A stretch of DNA of 64,000 bases from Craspedostauros australis (taxonomy: Eukaryota): contig JALAGF010006190.1 in the NCBI GenBank assembly GCA_030167865.1, positions 1 through 64,000 on the forward strand, in the 5' to 3' direction. A program made the translations under genes and the position numbers. The notes below the pieces were generated by a model. That model had not been told where the DNA came from. It made no database searches and saw only the letters and a list, made by a program, of their open reading frames with translations. Shown here one piece after another: positions 25,106 to 36,193 of the stretch (positions are counted from its first letter, which is position 1; each line of letters starts with the position of its first letter).

Positions 25106-26388
25106 ATGGTGGGTAACGCTTCATGAATCGAGTGCCATGGCTTGCAGATCGACTGAGTGGCTGACTGAGTGGCGATAGAAGGTGGATGGAGGGATGCTCC
25201 ATGCCCGCCTCACGTGGGCCAACGCGAAGAGCAAGAATCAGCAAACCAACCAACGGACCGGCCGACCAACCAACTGAGCAATCAGCCAGTTGGCCGAACA
25301 GAACCCAACAACCAATAGACCGACACCAAGACACGTCTGCTTTCCGCGATCCCTGCCAATTCCAACGTCCCTCTCCATGGGCTTTCCAAAAGAGGTCCAT
25401 TGGGGGTGGGACCCCGACAAAGGACACTGCGACATCCGCCACGTTGATGACGAGGATGGCCGTTTGTTTGCCGGACGCGGAGCGACCAGGCTGATGGGAA
25501 GATGGGTTGGTTTAGCATGGTCTGGTTTCGGTCGGTTTGATGTTTGCTGCTTGTGTTCGTTGGTCATCACGCCATCTGTCGCGAACCTGGCCGTGGTGGA
25601 TGGTCGATGCGGGGCCGTTGGCACGTTTCGATCGAGTCGCTGGCTTCGCGCTGGTCACCAAGATCGCGACAGTGAGACGTATTTTCATTCTCCGCTCGTT
25701 GCTGCGTCTCTCAAGAGAAGGGCCATAACACGGCATACTGATGTGCATGTTCATGCCTGTGTCCATGCTCACTGACTACGTTCACATTCACATCTCTCAC
25801 CAACATGCAATCTTCTTCGCATTCGTTGCTGCTGATCGTGGCCTGCACACAACACGATGGAATTCACATGGACACCACTGCCAACAACAACCACACCCGC
25901 GACGACGATGACTATGCCTCGCGCTTCTGCTCCACCCTACTTCCACTTCTGCTGCTCTACAGGCCACCGGAGTCGTCGCCGATAGCGAAGTGTCTGACAC
26001 TTTCCAGCAATTCAAGCTCCAAGCGGAGGGCTACAAGCTCCGCTACTACATCTACAAGATCGAGAACAAGAAGACCATCGTCATCGAAAAGTCCGGAGAC
26101 CGCACACAAACGTACGACGACTTCGCCGCCGAGCTCCCAGAGAACGAGGGTCGCTACGGACTCATCGACCTGGACTTCACCACCAAGGATGGACGCCCCA
26201 CCTCCAAGCTTGTGCTGCTGACATGGAACCCAGATTCCGCCAGCATCCGTGACAAAATGCTTTACAGTGGCTCCAAGGAGGCCATGAAGAGTGCTGTGTC
26301 AGGCGTCGGTATCCACATCAATGCCACCGACGCATCCGAGCTTGACTTCGAGAGCACCATCCTGCCAGCTGTGCAGAAGTTCACTTAA
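25106..26388 (+). CDS. COF: Actin-depolymerising factor/cofilin (ATG-only exon 25106-25108, then 25963-26388)
   Basis: M|ATGVVAD..., RYYIYKI, YDDFAAELPENEGRYG, WNPDSASIRDKMLYSGSK, NATDASEL. ATG|GTGGGT donor and CTACAG acceptor give a phase-0 intron. The first exon is inferred. Confidence 0.92.
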
Positions 26389-28027
26389 GCAGAGCACTGG
26401 ACTGGCCGATTGTGGGAGATGACCGTGACGCTGGGCAACTCGTCCGCCGTTTTCTCACGATGCTCTCATTGATTCCATACACGCTGCGACCCTGGGGGGA
26501 ATCCAAAGCTGTAGCGTGACGCACGGAACTTTATGGTGGAAATTGATGTGAATCGAATGAACTCAACGCCGTGCGTTTCCATCAGCATCACCATCAGCGT
26601 CGATTTCATCTCGGGTGTCACTACCATCATCATTTAGTCAGTCAACCAACCCATCAATCCGATGATTTGCCCACCCAAATGTCGCAGATCCGTCGGCTGT
26701 TCTGTCTCGTATGCCCATGCAAGCTCGTGTTGCAGGGTATCCGACTGAGAACAAGCTGGTGTAGTCTGCATTGATCGGGCGGGCACCAGGAGGTAATGGA
26801 TGAGACCTGTGGACGGAACGAAGCTTCGATATTGAGTGTCGAAGCGTCATTTTGGCCGCACAGCCCCACAACCCATCACCTCGTGCGATTTGCCGTATGG
26901 TACAATGTATAATCCATGTTTTTCCACATATCTCCTACACAAATTGCGCAACCGCAGAAGCACTCACAACACACAGAAATAGAAACACACACACACAACC
27001 ACACACTATTCGTACAGCTCTACCATGTGTTGTACTTTTTGCAGAGCATGTGGTTTGCGTGAAACTCTCTCTCCAGAACGAACGAATCCAATTGCATAAT
27101 CAACGCGCCTTGGTGAGGTCCATTCCATTCCGCTCTTGTGTTCTCAGACATACAAGACCATGGAGCATGCAGCACGGTTTCCATGTCTCGTTCCGCGCCA
27201 GATGGTCTGAATACTCTCAGCACTCTCGCGGAGAGCAGTTTGGGTTGAAGTTGTGATTGCATAGGTCGTACTGCGTCCGTTTGTTGTTCATCATTTGAAC
27301 TCAAGCAATTCATCTGGAAGTAGTTGGTGTCGAGGATGAATAGTCCAGCGGAATGAAACAGAATAGAGCAGAGCAGAGTGCTATTATAGGCCGCATTATG
27401 CATGCATATGTCTTCGCGCTGGTGTTGGGAGATGCAAGTTGCGCTACTGCAGTTGCACAGTGGCTACGTGAGTACTAAGAGGAGATCTGGTTGCTAACAC
27501 AGAGCAAGCTACCATACGTACTATGTCCACGCATGGAGCAAGACTCTGTCACACGCGGTCGTCTCTCTCTCTCTCAGTGTGTGTGTTTGTGAGTAGAGCA
27601 TATTTTACTCTCTAGGGAGAGAGAGTCTAGGTCTCCCAAACAAGACAAAACCGTTATGATCGAAGTGGTCATTTGTCAGTTTTCCTGTTGTTGTGACTCT
27701 TACCTCGTTACTTCAGGCAAAACGAAGTGAAGACAACGAACAAGGTGACTCATATCTGACTTGGACACGTCTGTCCGTTGCCCGTTGTCGGCAACACTCT
27801 TGGTCTTCTGTCGTGATGAAGTGTCGTCACGGTCGCCTCGGTTGGAAGGGTGCGCAACAGCAGCAACGAACGCAGCGAGCAGAGAGAAGAGCCAAGAAGC
27901 CAAGCAAGCAAGCCTGTGTCCTGTGTCGCCACCAGCATCAGCAACACCAACACCAACATCGGCACCAGCAACAACATCGAAACACTGACCGGCAACAAGT
28001 CGATCACGAAAAGTAATCCAATTCACC

Positions 28028-29116
28028 ATGGTGCTAACAAGTTTGGACGGTCTTTCAGACTCGCAGAAGGAAGACCTGGTGGCCTCCCTGTGCTGCCTCG
28101 TTATCGGGGATGAATGCGACGCCGAGAAGATCTCGGCTGTCGCCACTGCCTCTGGTAACACGGTAGGAGCAGCCATGGCGAGCCTCTTCGGAGGCGTCGT
28201 CTCGCTGGCACCAAAGAAGCTCGAATCCTTCACACCAGGCCCAGGAGGCGGTGGTGGCGGCGGCGGCGGGTGAGTGCAAGAGCGCCACGAGGATCGGTTG
28301 GAGGATTGGGGCGGTGTTCGTGTGGGCCATCCGTCACGTTTGCTGTCCACAGTATTGGTCACGAAGTTGTGGCTGGATCGAACACCCACACGTACAGCTA
28401 TACAAGTGCAGTAGCATTGCACAGAGGGTTCATTCAGACTGCGCGGAGAATGCAGACAGGAGCAGATGAGAACGACTCCAGCCGTGGACTTGTTGGCATC
28501 TGTGGCTGGGACATAAGCATCAGCAACGTCAAGTCCAGCCACGTTCAAGAACGCTTTGTGCGCAGGTCTTGCCTCCCGCGTTACGCTATGAAACTATTGA
28601 ACCACTCCGATCGTCTGATCAATAATCTGACACACCATCTTGCCCTCTCTCTCTCTCTTGTTTCAACGTATCAAACACACACACCATTATCTCTTGATGC
28701 TTCCAACCACAGCGGCGGAGGGTAAGTTCATGCATTTGGATTTGTGGTGGATAATTGATTGTGTATGTGCTGTAGGGATTGTCCTGTTCGCCTGAACATC
28801 CCTACCCCAACATCAGTTTTCAGCTCGAGGATATCAGCCTTGATACGTATCGCTTTCTCATATCCAATCAACTCACACTTCCAACTCACTTTGTGCTTTT
28901 CGACTTGGCCTCGTATTCATAACTGGATCATGTTCAATCATCGCACCGCTTCCAACGCAACAAACACATTGATTCGACACGACCTAACTCTACAGTGCCG
29001 CCGGTGGAGAGGCTGCTGAAGAAGAAAAGGAGGAAGAGAAGGAAGAGGAAGAAGAAATGGACCTCGGAGGTGGTATGGACATGTTCGGAGGAGACGAAGG
29101 CGGCGGTGACTACTAA
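28028..29116 (+). CDS. RPLP1: 60S acidic ribosomal protein P1 (exons 28028-28269, 28713-28721 microexon, 28996-29116)
   Basis: N-terminal helical domain (AEKISAVATASGNTV...LF), Gly hinge, acidic tail EEEKEEEKEEEEEMDLGGGMDMFGG...DY. Phase-2 introns with GTGAGT/GTAAGT donors, and a CTAAC branch site before 28996. Confidence 0.9.
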
Positions 29117-29858
29117 GCTGCTGCTGTCTGCTCCATCGATAGTAACAAAGAAATTCAATCACACTCAAACAACCCCAGATCACGTCTTCTCTTTGACCTA
29201 TCATAGGTGTCTATGTGCCTCATGGAGCCTGTATGTTGAGACCTATTGTACTACGTGATATTGTAGAATACTTGTGTTCTATTCCTGGCCGCGTTGCCGA
29301 TGATCAGGTATCGTCACAGCCAGCGTTCTGGATGATCTGTGCCTTCCCTGGTCGAACTCCGCAGAAGCGGTTTTTCTTTCCTTTTTCGCGATCCCAACAA
29401 AGAGGAGAAGAAAGCGAGAACCCTGTGGAAGGTGTCGGCAGCAACTTTCAATGAGGTCTTCGTGTTCCCAAACCTGCCCCAAAGTTCCAATGGATCAGCC
29501 ACACAGAGATCTGGGGATGAAGACGGCGTCGGCGACGACAACAACAACAGCAGCAGAAGGAGCAACAGCAGCAGCAGAAGGAACAACGACAACAACGGCA
29601 ATAGGCAACCTATTGGTGGGTCATAACCATCAGCGAGCATCAATCTGCACATTGGCATTCTGCAAGTGCTCGACCACATCGGCAGGTGTTGGAATCTCTC
29701 GACTCTCCGACGGCTGCTTTGCTGCTCTACTGCTCTGCACGCCACACGTGCTCTTGCTCTCTCCATCCCCATCTCTGCCACCCTATCTCCGTTCCTCCTC
29801 GATTGCCTCATACGCTAGTTCAACCAACACCCCTGCATACTCCACCCCATACAGACTT

Positions 29859-32800
29859 ATGTCGATTCGACAAGCATCCAAAGAAGGAGCATCGCTAGTT
29901 TTCGGCGCGGCAGTGTGGTGGATTCCCAGGATCTTGAGGAAGATATCTTTCACGATCTCCCAAAGAATCCGTCTCCGCTCCAGCCTCTGGGTCTCTCTCT
30001 GCTTCTGCATTCTTCTTTTCGTCGCCGCAGGTGCTTCACCGTTCGTTACACCAGCAACAACAGCAGCTTCGCCCACCACCTCGGCATTGGCTTCTACTGG
30101 CACTTCTGCTTCTATCGCAGTCCGCACGACAATGAGGGCAACCGCTGCTTTTCCATGGTCCCAACGTGCAACAACTCGTACGGGTAGCACGGCCGCATCC
30201 TGGTTGGTGCACCACACATCAACACTCGGAGTGACAAGTGAGGGATCAGCACGTCATAGCATTGGCGGAGCAGCAGCTCGCTGTTTGGCATTCCAGTCCC
30301 CAGTGTCGAGACATCGTCCTCCAGGCTCCGATCTAAGCCTGGCCTATCCACATCTGAGGATCCATCCGTGCCGTACGACAGGAGCTTCACTGCGCATGGC
30401 CATCGGCAACTCCGAGCCATCATTCTCGACCATCTCATCTCGAAGATGGTATCGCAACAGCCCTGAGGCTGATGTCGCCGTCGAGCAGGCCGGCGGTTTT
30501 CATGATGTATCCACCGCCATCAAGCTGCTGCCCGATGCAGCTGCCGCCACTGCGGATGGAACATTCGTGGACGCAAGGCCAGATAAGCGTTCCTTGTTCC
30601 AAGTCACTGCACCGTACGAACCAACTGGCGACCAACCAGAGGCCATCGAGCAGCTCGTCCGTCAGGTGCAACGCGGTGACAAGTACAGCGTGCTTCGAGG
30701 AATCACAGGCACCGGGAAGACGTTGGTGATGGCGCACCTCATTGCAAAGCTCCAACGCAAGACGTTGGTCTTGTGTCACAACAAGACTCTGGCAGCACAA
30801 TTGGCCAGGGAGCTGCGTTCATTCTTCAAGAAGAACCGCGTCGAACTGTTCGTGTCGTACTACAACCACTACGTGCCTGAAGCCTTCAAAGAGGCCACCG
30901 GCAAGTACATCGCCAAGAAGTCATCCGTCAATGAGGAACTGGATGCGCTGCGGCATCTCGCAACCAACTCGTTGTTGCAGCATGACGATGTAGTCGTCGT
31001 GGCATCCGTCAGCTGCATTTACGGGCTGGGAATGCCAGAGGAATATCTCAAGGCCAGTGCTCGGTGGGACGTAGGAGACATATTCGAGGATTTGGTTGAG
31101 ATTGAAGATACGCTGCAAACTATGCTGTACATCAATGCCGGTAACGTCGACGAAGAGGTCCTTGATGATGACAGCTTCGACACCGGCAAGCGCAAACGAC
31201 GAAACAAAGCGCGAGGCCAATCCAGAACGTCATCCAACAAGGAGGAGATGGTGCGCGGCCGGTACGAGCTCGATACGAATCCTCAAAACGGCGTGTCCAC
31301 CCTCTCTCTGTGGCCGCCATCGGAGGCGTATCCCCTACGGATCTTGTTGCAGCCAGTGTCAAGATCCCTTACATCGCCGGTGTCTCAAGAAGATGCTGAC
31401 GATCGTGTTCAGATCATTTCTATCGGACGTGGGCAAATGACGGGGCTTGTGGAAGTTGATCATGTCATCGTCTTTCCCACCAAGCACCATGTCACGACGT
31501 CCCAAGAGGGCTTGGATGAGACCTGCAGACGCATCGAAGACGAACTCAAGGACCGTGAGAAGGTGTTGCGCGATGAAGGAAGGAAAGAAGAGGCCGACAG
31601 GCTGCAACATCGTGTCATCCAAGACTTGGCCATGATCCGCGATCTTGGATTTTGTGCTGGCATTGAAAACTACAGCCGTCATCTGGCGTTGCGAGAGGCA
31701 GGTGAAGCACCCGCCTGTCTACTGGACTACTTCTCCAAAAAATGGGCCACAGATAAAAATGGGCACAACGATGCAGATGCTCAAGCCAGCACCGAAATCA
31801 CCAATGCCACCAACAACGGCGAGAAGAACAAGGGTGATGACTGGCTGCTTTTGGTCGACGAATCTCACGTCACGCTCCCCCAGCTGAAGGCCATGTACCG
31901 AGGCGACCAGGCACGCAAGAAGATGCTGGTGAAACACGGCTACCGGCTACCCTCCTGCCTGGATAACAGACCGTTGCAGGAGCGAGAATTCTTCCAGCGC
32001 ATCCGTCAGGGAGTCTTCGTCAGCGCCACACCTTCGAAGCAGGAACTGCAAATGTCAACTGCCGATCCCGTGGACATGCTCATCCGTCCAACCTACGTGT
32101 GCGATCCTTCCATCGAAGTTCGCCCATCAGGTCCCGATCAGCTGGAGGACCTCTTGCGAGAAGTTAAGCTTCGCAGGGGACGAGGAGAACGCACCCTCGT
32201 CATGGCCCTCACGAAACAAGACGCCGAGGACTATTCGAAGTACTTGGGCCAGCATGATGTGCTCTCGACTTACATCCACTCGGGTCTCAACACCCAGGAA
32301 CGGTCGGACGCGTTGAAGGCGCTTCAATTGGGTCGCGTGGACTGCTTGGTCGGTGTCAACCTGCTGCGAGAAGGCCTGGATTTGCCGCAGGTCTCGCTCG
32401 TGGCCATTCTCAACGCCGACAGCCAGGGATTCTTGCGCTCTGAGACTGCCATGTTGCAAACAGTCGGAAGAGCAGCGCGGAACGTGAACGGGGCCGCGAT
32501 CATGTATGCCAACAAGGTGACGTCCGCCATGCAGGAATGCATCAACATCACAAAATACAGGCGCGAGCTCCAACTTCGGTACAACGAAGAGCATGGAACA
32601 AAGATGCGTTCAACGACAGGGTCGACCATGCAATCAATCTTCGACGTCTTGAAAGACCAGATCGAGGCACAGAAGTCGGTCGCGACTGCGAGGAATGCAC
32701 CAAATGGAGCCATCGGCGGTGGCAGCACCAGCAGCAGTGCCTCATCACGCGGAAGCAATGGGGTTGTTGCTGCGACAGGCACGATGCAGATCGCCGTTGG

Positions 32801-34790
32801 TGCGGATGATCCTGCGAACATCGAAACGGACCACATCCCGGCAAAACCTGGCGTGTACTTTTGGAAGGGTGGAGATGGTAGCACCCTCTACATCGGCAAG
32901 GCGAAGAAGCTTCGAAATCGAGTCAAGTCATATCTGGCATCAGGTGCGAAGCATTCCCGACGCATCCAGGTCATGATCCAAAAGGCCACGAATGTGGAAT
33001 TCATCGTGACACCCTCCGATCGAGATGCCTTGCTGTTGGAATCGAACCTGATCAAGCACCATCAGCCACCGTACAACGTGCTTCTTCGTGACGATGCATC
33101 CTATCCCTACATCTGCGCATCGTTGGAAGATGAGTACCCTCGGTTTCACATCGTGCCGACGAAGGCGAACGGTGATGCGTCATCAGTAAACAAGTACTTT
33201 GGACCGTATCCTCACCATTCAGAGGTGTCGCAAATCCTGCAACGCATCGAGGACAAGTACAACCTTCGGACGCTGGCACTGCAGGCCCGGCATGGATCCC
33301 TCAGCAAGACGAAGTACAGAATGCAATTCGAGACCGCCTTGCAAGAAGTGTTCGAAATCGACGCAAATGGCGATCTTGCCCCCAGCAGCGGATGTGACGT
33401 GAGCGCAAGATCCTTGGCGGTTGCGCAACTAGAATACCAAGAAGCGTCGCAGCTCTTCGATTCGAAATACAACGAGAACCGAGATGTCGTCGCTATCCAG
33501 CCGTTCAATGACCAAACAGAAGCAGTCGTCCAGGTGATGCAGCTGCGAGATGGACTCATCGCTGGCAAATTTGCGTATCGGTGCCAGCTGTCGGCAGGAA
33601 TGGACGCCGAGGAGGATTATTCGGCAGTCCTGCAAACGGTGTTGGAACGCCAGCACTATCCGTCAGGAGGCGACATGCCCGCAGGCAGCTTTTCGTTTCT
33701 GCCGAATGAAATCCTGCTGCAATATCCACTGCCGGATGTGTCCGAACTGCGTCTCATAATCCGGACAGCACGGCGGAGCATGAAGGCCAGAAGGAGTAGC
33801 AACAGCAACGATGGCGAGATCGTGGGTGCTGATGGCCAGGTGAATGGCTCTCCGGCGCCGAAGAAGCGTACCTCCCTTGCCATTCGGACGCCAGTTACCC
33901 GCGGTCCCCGGAAGAGCACAGACCAACGCGCGATGAAGCTGGCCATCGAGAACGCCCAAGAAGAGGCCAGGCAGAACGAGCTTGGTTCGGTACGAGGAGC
34001 GACGAAGACGTCGTTGGATGGAACGGCAGTGACCGAACTCCAATCCATGCTGAATATCGAGCGTCCCATCAAACGGATCGAATGCTACGACATCAGTCAC
34101 ACCCAAGGCAGCGCCAGCGTGGGATCCTGCGTGGCATTCGTGGACGGACGACCGTCACCGAAGTTGTACCGCCAATTCCACATCAAGACGGTGAAGGGCA
34201 TTGACGATTATGCATCACTGGAAGAGGTGATTGGACGTCGCTTGCGCCATGCCTTTGGCAACACGGGTAGCGGTCGATCGATGGACCGCAGCGATGATGA
34301 TTGGGCCGCCCCTGATCTGATCGTGATCGATGGTGGACGTGGCCAGCTCAATGCAGCCGTGAAGGGTATGGCCAAGGTGGGTGTAGCACCGTACCTGCCA
34401 ACCAGCAGAAATGTCGTTACCAATGGTGCTACCACCACTGCAAGTGCTGCTGCTGCTGCTGCTGACCATGTACGTGATGATGGTGTTCTTGATTGCGACG
34501 ATAACACATCTTTGCACATCGTCGAGGAAGAGTACATCCCCATACCTGTTGGTGTTGACCCGCATGGCCATTGCGGTACCGATTCGGAAGCAGACCTGCG
34601 CCCGACGATCCCCGTCATCTCGTTGGCCAAGAATCAAGAAGAGGTGTTTTCGCTGACATCAAGCGCACCCATCAATGATAGGCCAGACTCTCCGGCGCTC
34701 CTCTTGCTTCGGTCCATCCGTGATGAAAGCCACCGATTCGCTCTGAAGAATCACCGCATCCTTCGATCCAAGTTGAATGGGTTGCGATGA
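29859..34790 (+). CDS. uvrB-uvrC: UvrB-UvrC fusion protein (bacterial-type excinuclease ABC subunits B and C) with an N-terminal presequence-like extension
   Basis: Single open frame (29451-34790; true start uncertain, ATG 29859 preferred). UvrB part about 30597-32600: PTGDQPEAI, GITGTGKT, HNKTLAAQL, FVSYY, DESH, GYRLPSCLDNRPL, NLLREGLDLP, QTVGRAARN. UvrC part about 32830-34790: PGVY...LYIGKAKKLRNRVKSY, LESNLIK..QPPYN, RIECYDISH, DDYASL, PDLIVIDGGRGQL, RDESHRFA. Confidence 0.93.
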   Translation: MSIRQASKEGASLVFGAAVWWIPRILRKISFTISQRIRLRSSLWVSLCFCILLFVAAGASPFVTPATTAASPTTSALASTGTSASIAVRTTMRATAAFPWSQRATTRTGSTAASWLVHHTSTLGVTSEGSARHSIGGAAARCLAFQSPVSRHRPPGSDLSLAYPHLRIHPCRTTGASLRMAIGNSEPSFSTISSRRWYRNSPEADVAVEQAGGFHDVSTAIKLLPDAAAATADGTFVDARPDKRSLFQVTAPYEPTGDQPEAIEQLVRQVQRGDKYSVLRGITGTGKTLVMAHLIAKLQRKTLVLCHNKTLAAQLARELRSFFKKNRVELFVSYYNHYVPEAFKEATGKYIAKKSSVNEELDALRHLATNSLLQHDDVVVVASVSCIYGLGMPEEYLKASARWDVGDIFEDLVEIEDTLQTMLYINAGNVDEEVLDDDSFDTGKRKRRNKARGQSRTSSNKEEMVRGRYELDTNPQNGVSTLSLWPPSEAYPLRILLQPVSRSLTSPVSQEDADDRVQIISIGRGQMTGLVEVDHVIVFPTKHHVTTSQEGLDETCRRIEDELKDREKVLRDEGRKEEADRLQHRVIQDLAMIRDLGFCAGIENYSRHLALREAGEAPACLLDYFSKKWATDKNGHNDADAQASTEITNATNNGEKNKGDDWLLLVDESHVTLPQLKAMYRGDQARKKMLVKHGYRLPSCLDNRPLQEREFFQRIRQGVFVSATPSKQELQMSTADPVDMLIRPTYVCDPSIEVRPSGPDQLEDLLREVKLRRGRGERTLVMALTKQDAEDYSKYLGQHDVLSTYIHSGLNTQERSDALKALQLGRVDCLVGVNLLREGLDLPQVSLVAILNADSQGFLRSETAMLQTVGRAARNVNGAAIMYANKVTSAMQECINITKYRRELQLRYNEEHGTKMRSTTGSTMQSIFDVLKDQIEAQKSVATARNAPNGAIGGGSTSSSASSRGSNGVVAATGTMQIAVGADDPANIETDHIPAKPGVYFWKGGDGSTLYIGKAKKLRNRVKSYLASGAKHSRRIQVMIQKATNVEFIVTPSDRDALLLESNLIKHHQPPYNVLLRDDASYPYICASLEDEYPRFHIVPTKANGDASSVNKYFGPYPHHSEVSQILQRIEDKYNLRTLALQARHGSLSKTKYRMQFETALQEVFEIDANGDLAPSSGCDVSARSLAVAQLEYQEASQLFDSKYNENRDVVAIQPFNDQTEAVVQVMQLRDGLIAGKFAYRCQLSAGMDAEEDYSAVLQTVLERQHYPSGGDMPAGSFSFLPNEILLQYPLPDVSELRLIIRTARRSMKARRSSNSNDGEIVGADGQVNGSPAPKKRTSLAIRTPVTRGPRKSTDQRAMKLAIENAQEEARQNELGSVRGATKTSLDGTAVTELQSMLNIERPIKRIECYDISHTQGSASVGSCVAFVDGRPSPKLYRQFHIKTVKGIDDYASLEEVIGRRLRHAFGNTGSGRSMDRSDDDWAAPDLIVIDGGRGQLNAAVKGMAKVGVAPYLPTSRNVVTNGATTTASAAAAAADHVRDDGVLDCDDNTSLHIVEEEYIPIPVGVDPHGHCGTDSEADLRPTIPVISLAKNQEEVFSLTSSAPINDRPDSPALLLLRSIRDESHRFALKNHRILRSKLNGLR

Positions 34791-36193
34791 GTTTCTCCAG
34801 AGGGTGCAGTTGCAGGTGCAGGTGCAGGTGCAGACGATCGTCACAGACGTGAGTTGAGCAGATGAGGAAGTGAGGGAGCCAAGAAGTCAATGATTAAGAG
34901 TAGAGTCGTCGGGTATGTACTTTCGGTTTCCCCAGATGAGATAATCGAAGAGTAGGCGGAGCATGACGCGCGGCAGTACTGGTAGCTCGTAGTTGCATAC
35001 TCGATGGTTGAGCACAAGGGAGACGACCTTTTGATGCCGACCGGAAGAAGTACTCGTGCGTTTGGTGCAGATAGTTTGGCAAAGTCGGCGTGTCTGGAGC
35101 GCAATCCCTGGAAAATCTCACCCACAAAAATCAACGTCGGATTGCGCTCTCTCTCTATCTATCTTGGCATTGGAAGATGGGAGGGTTGTCGTGAGGTGGT
35201 GGATGGTGGTGGATGGTGATGGTGATGGGCGACATGATGTGTGATGGATGGATGGCATTTTCTCCGCATCTTCTTCTCCTTTTCTCCATTTGCCGGCAAT
35301 TGTGTTGTCCGGCTGTGGTGCTGAAAAAGTGAGGCGAAGCTCCATTTTCTGCTTGCGACAGGCGCTGTGACACAACAACTATCAATGAAGTGGTGTGATG
35401 TTAAGTGTGCTCCAGCTCATTTATGGTGGTGCGCTTCAAGTGACTTCCGCGGTTTGGTTGGGAACTTTGCGACAGCATGGCACAACCGATGGCAGAAACG
35501 TCATCTGTCGGAGGCACATTGGCCTCCTGACTTTTGGACCCTTCCAGACCCCGCAACGACACACATCACAGCACCACCAGACCCGACACACCAACCAACC
35601 AAGGCAATCAAGGAACCAACCAACCACACACAACAACGCAACACACAGATGCCCCAAAATTGTGCGTCGTTGTGTGTTCCTGTCTGACAACCCGAAGGCA
35701 AACAATGACGACAACACTCTTCTTGCGCCTACACCACCAAAATGGAGGCGAAGAGAAGTCGACAGCAGAGCAACGACACTGACAGCACTGACAACAGTCA
35801 CACAACAACAAGAACAACAGTCACACAACAGCAGCAGAAGCAGAAGCAGAAGCAGAAACAAACCCACAAACCAACAAAGACACAAAAACAGAACCAGTCA
35901 GTCATCAGACGCCCTTCTCTTTGTCGATCCCATTTGCACCATCGCACTTGAGCAACACCACACCCAACACACACATCCCCCCGTTACTGAAGAGGAAGAC
36001 AGGCACCTGCGTTCACCTCTCCATTCATCCCATCATCCATTCATCCATTCATTCCAACCAGAGCGCAAATACAAGCACAAATACAAGCACAACACAGACA
36101 CCGTACGGACGCGATACGAACATTGAACGAACACTTCACTCGTACAAGCACGGTAAACACTGCTCTACTCTATTCTACAACTACCAATATAGT

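Noticed and set aside
29451..29858. ORF-track N-terminal 136 aa of the UvrBC ORF
   Set aside because: Low-complexity, CAA-rich, UTR-like sequence close to the RPLP1 3' end. Not excluded, but not supported as coding.
29859..34790. Bacterial contamination as the explanation for uvrBC
   Set aside because: It is contiguous with spliced eukaryotic genes, has a presequence-like extension and low-complexity insertions, and is not in an operon.
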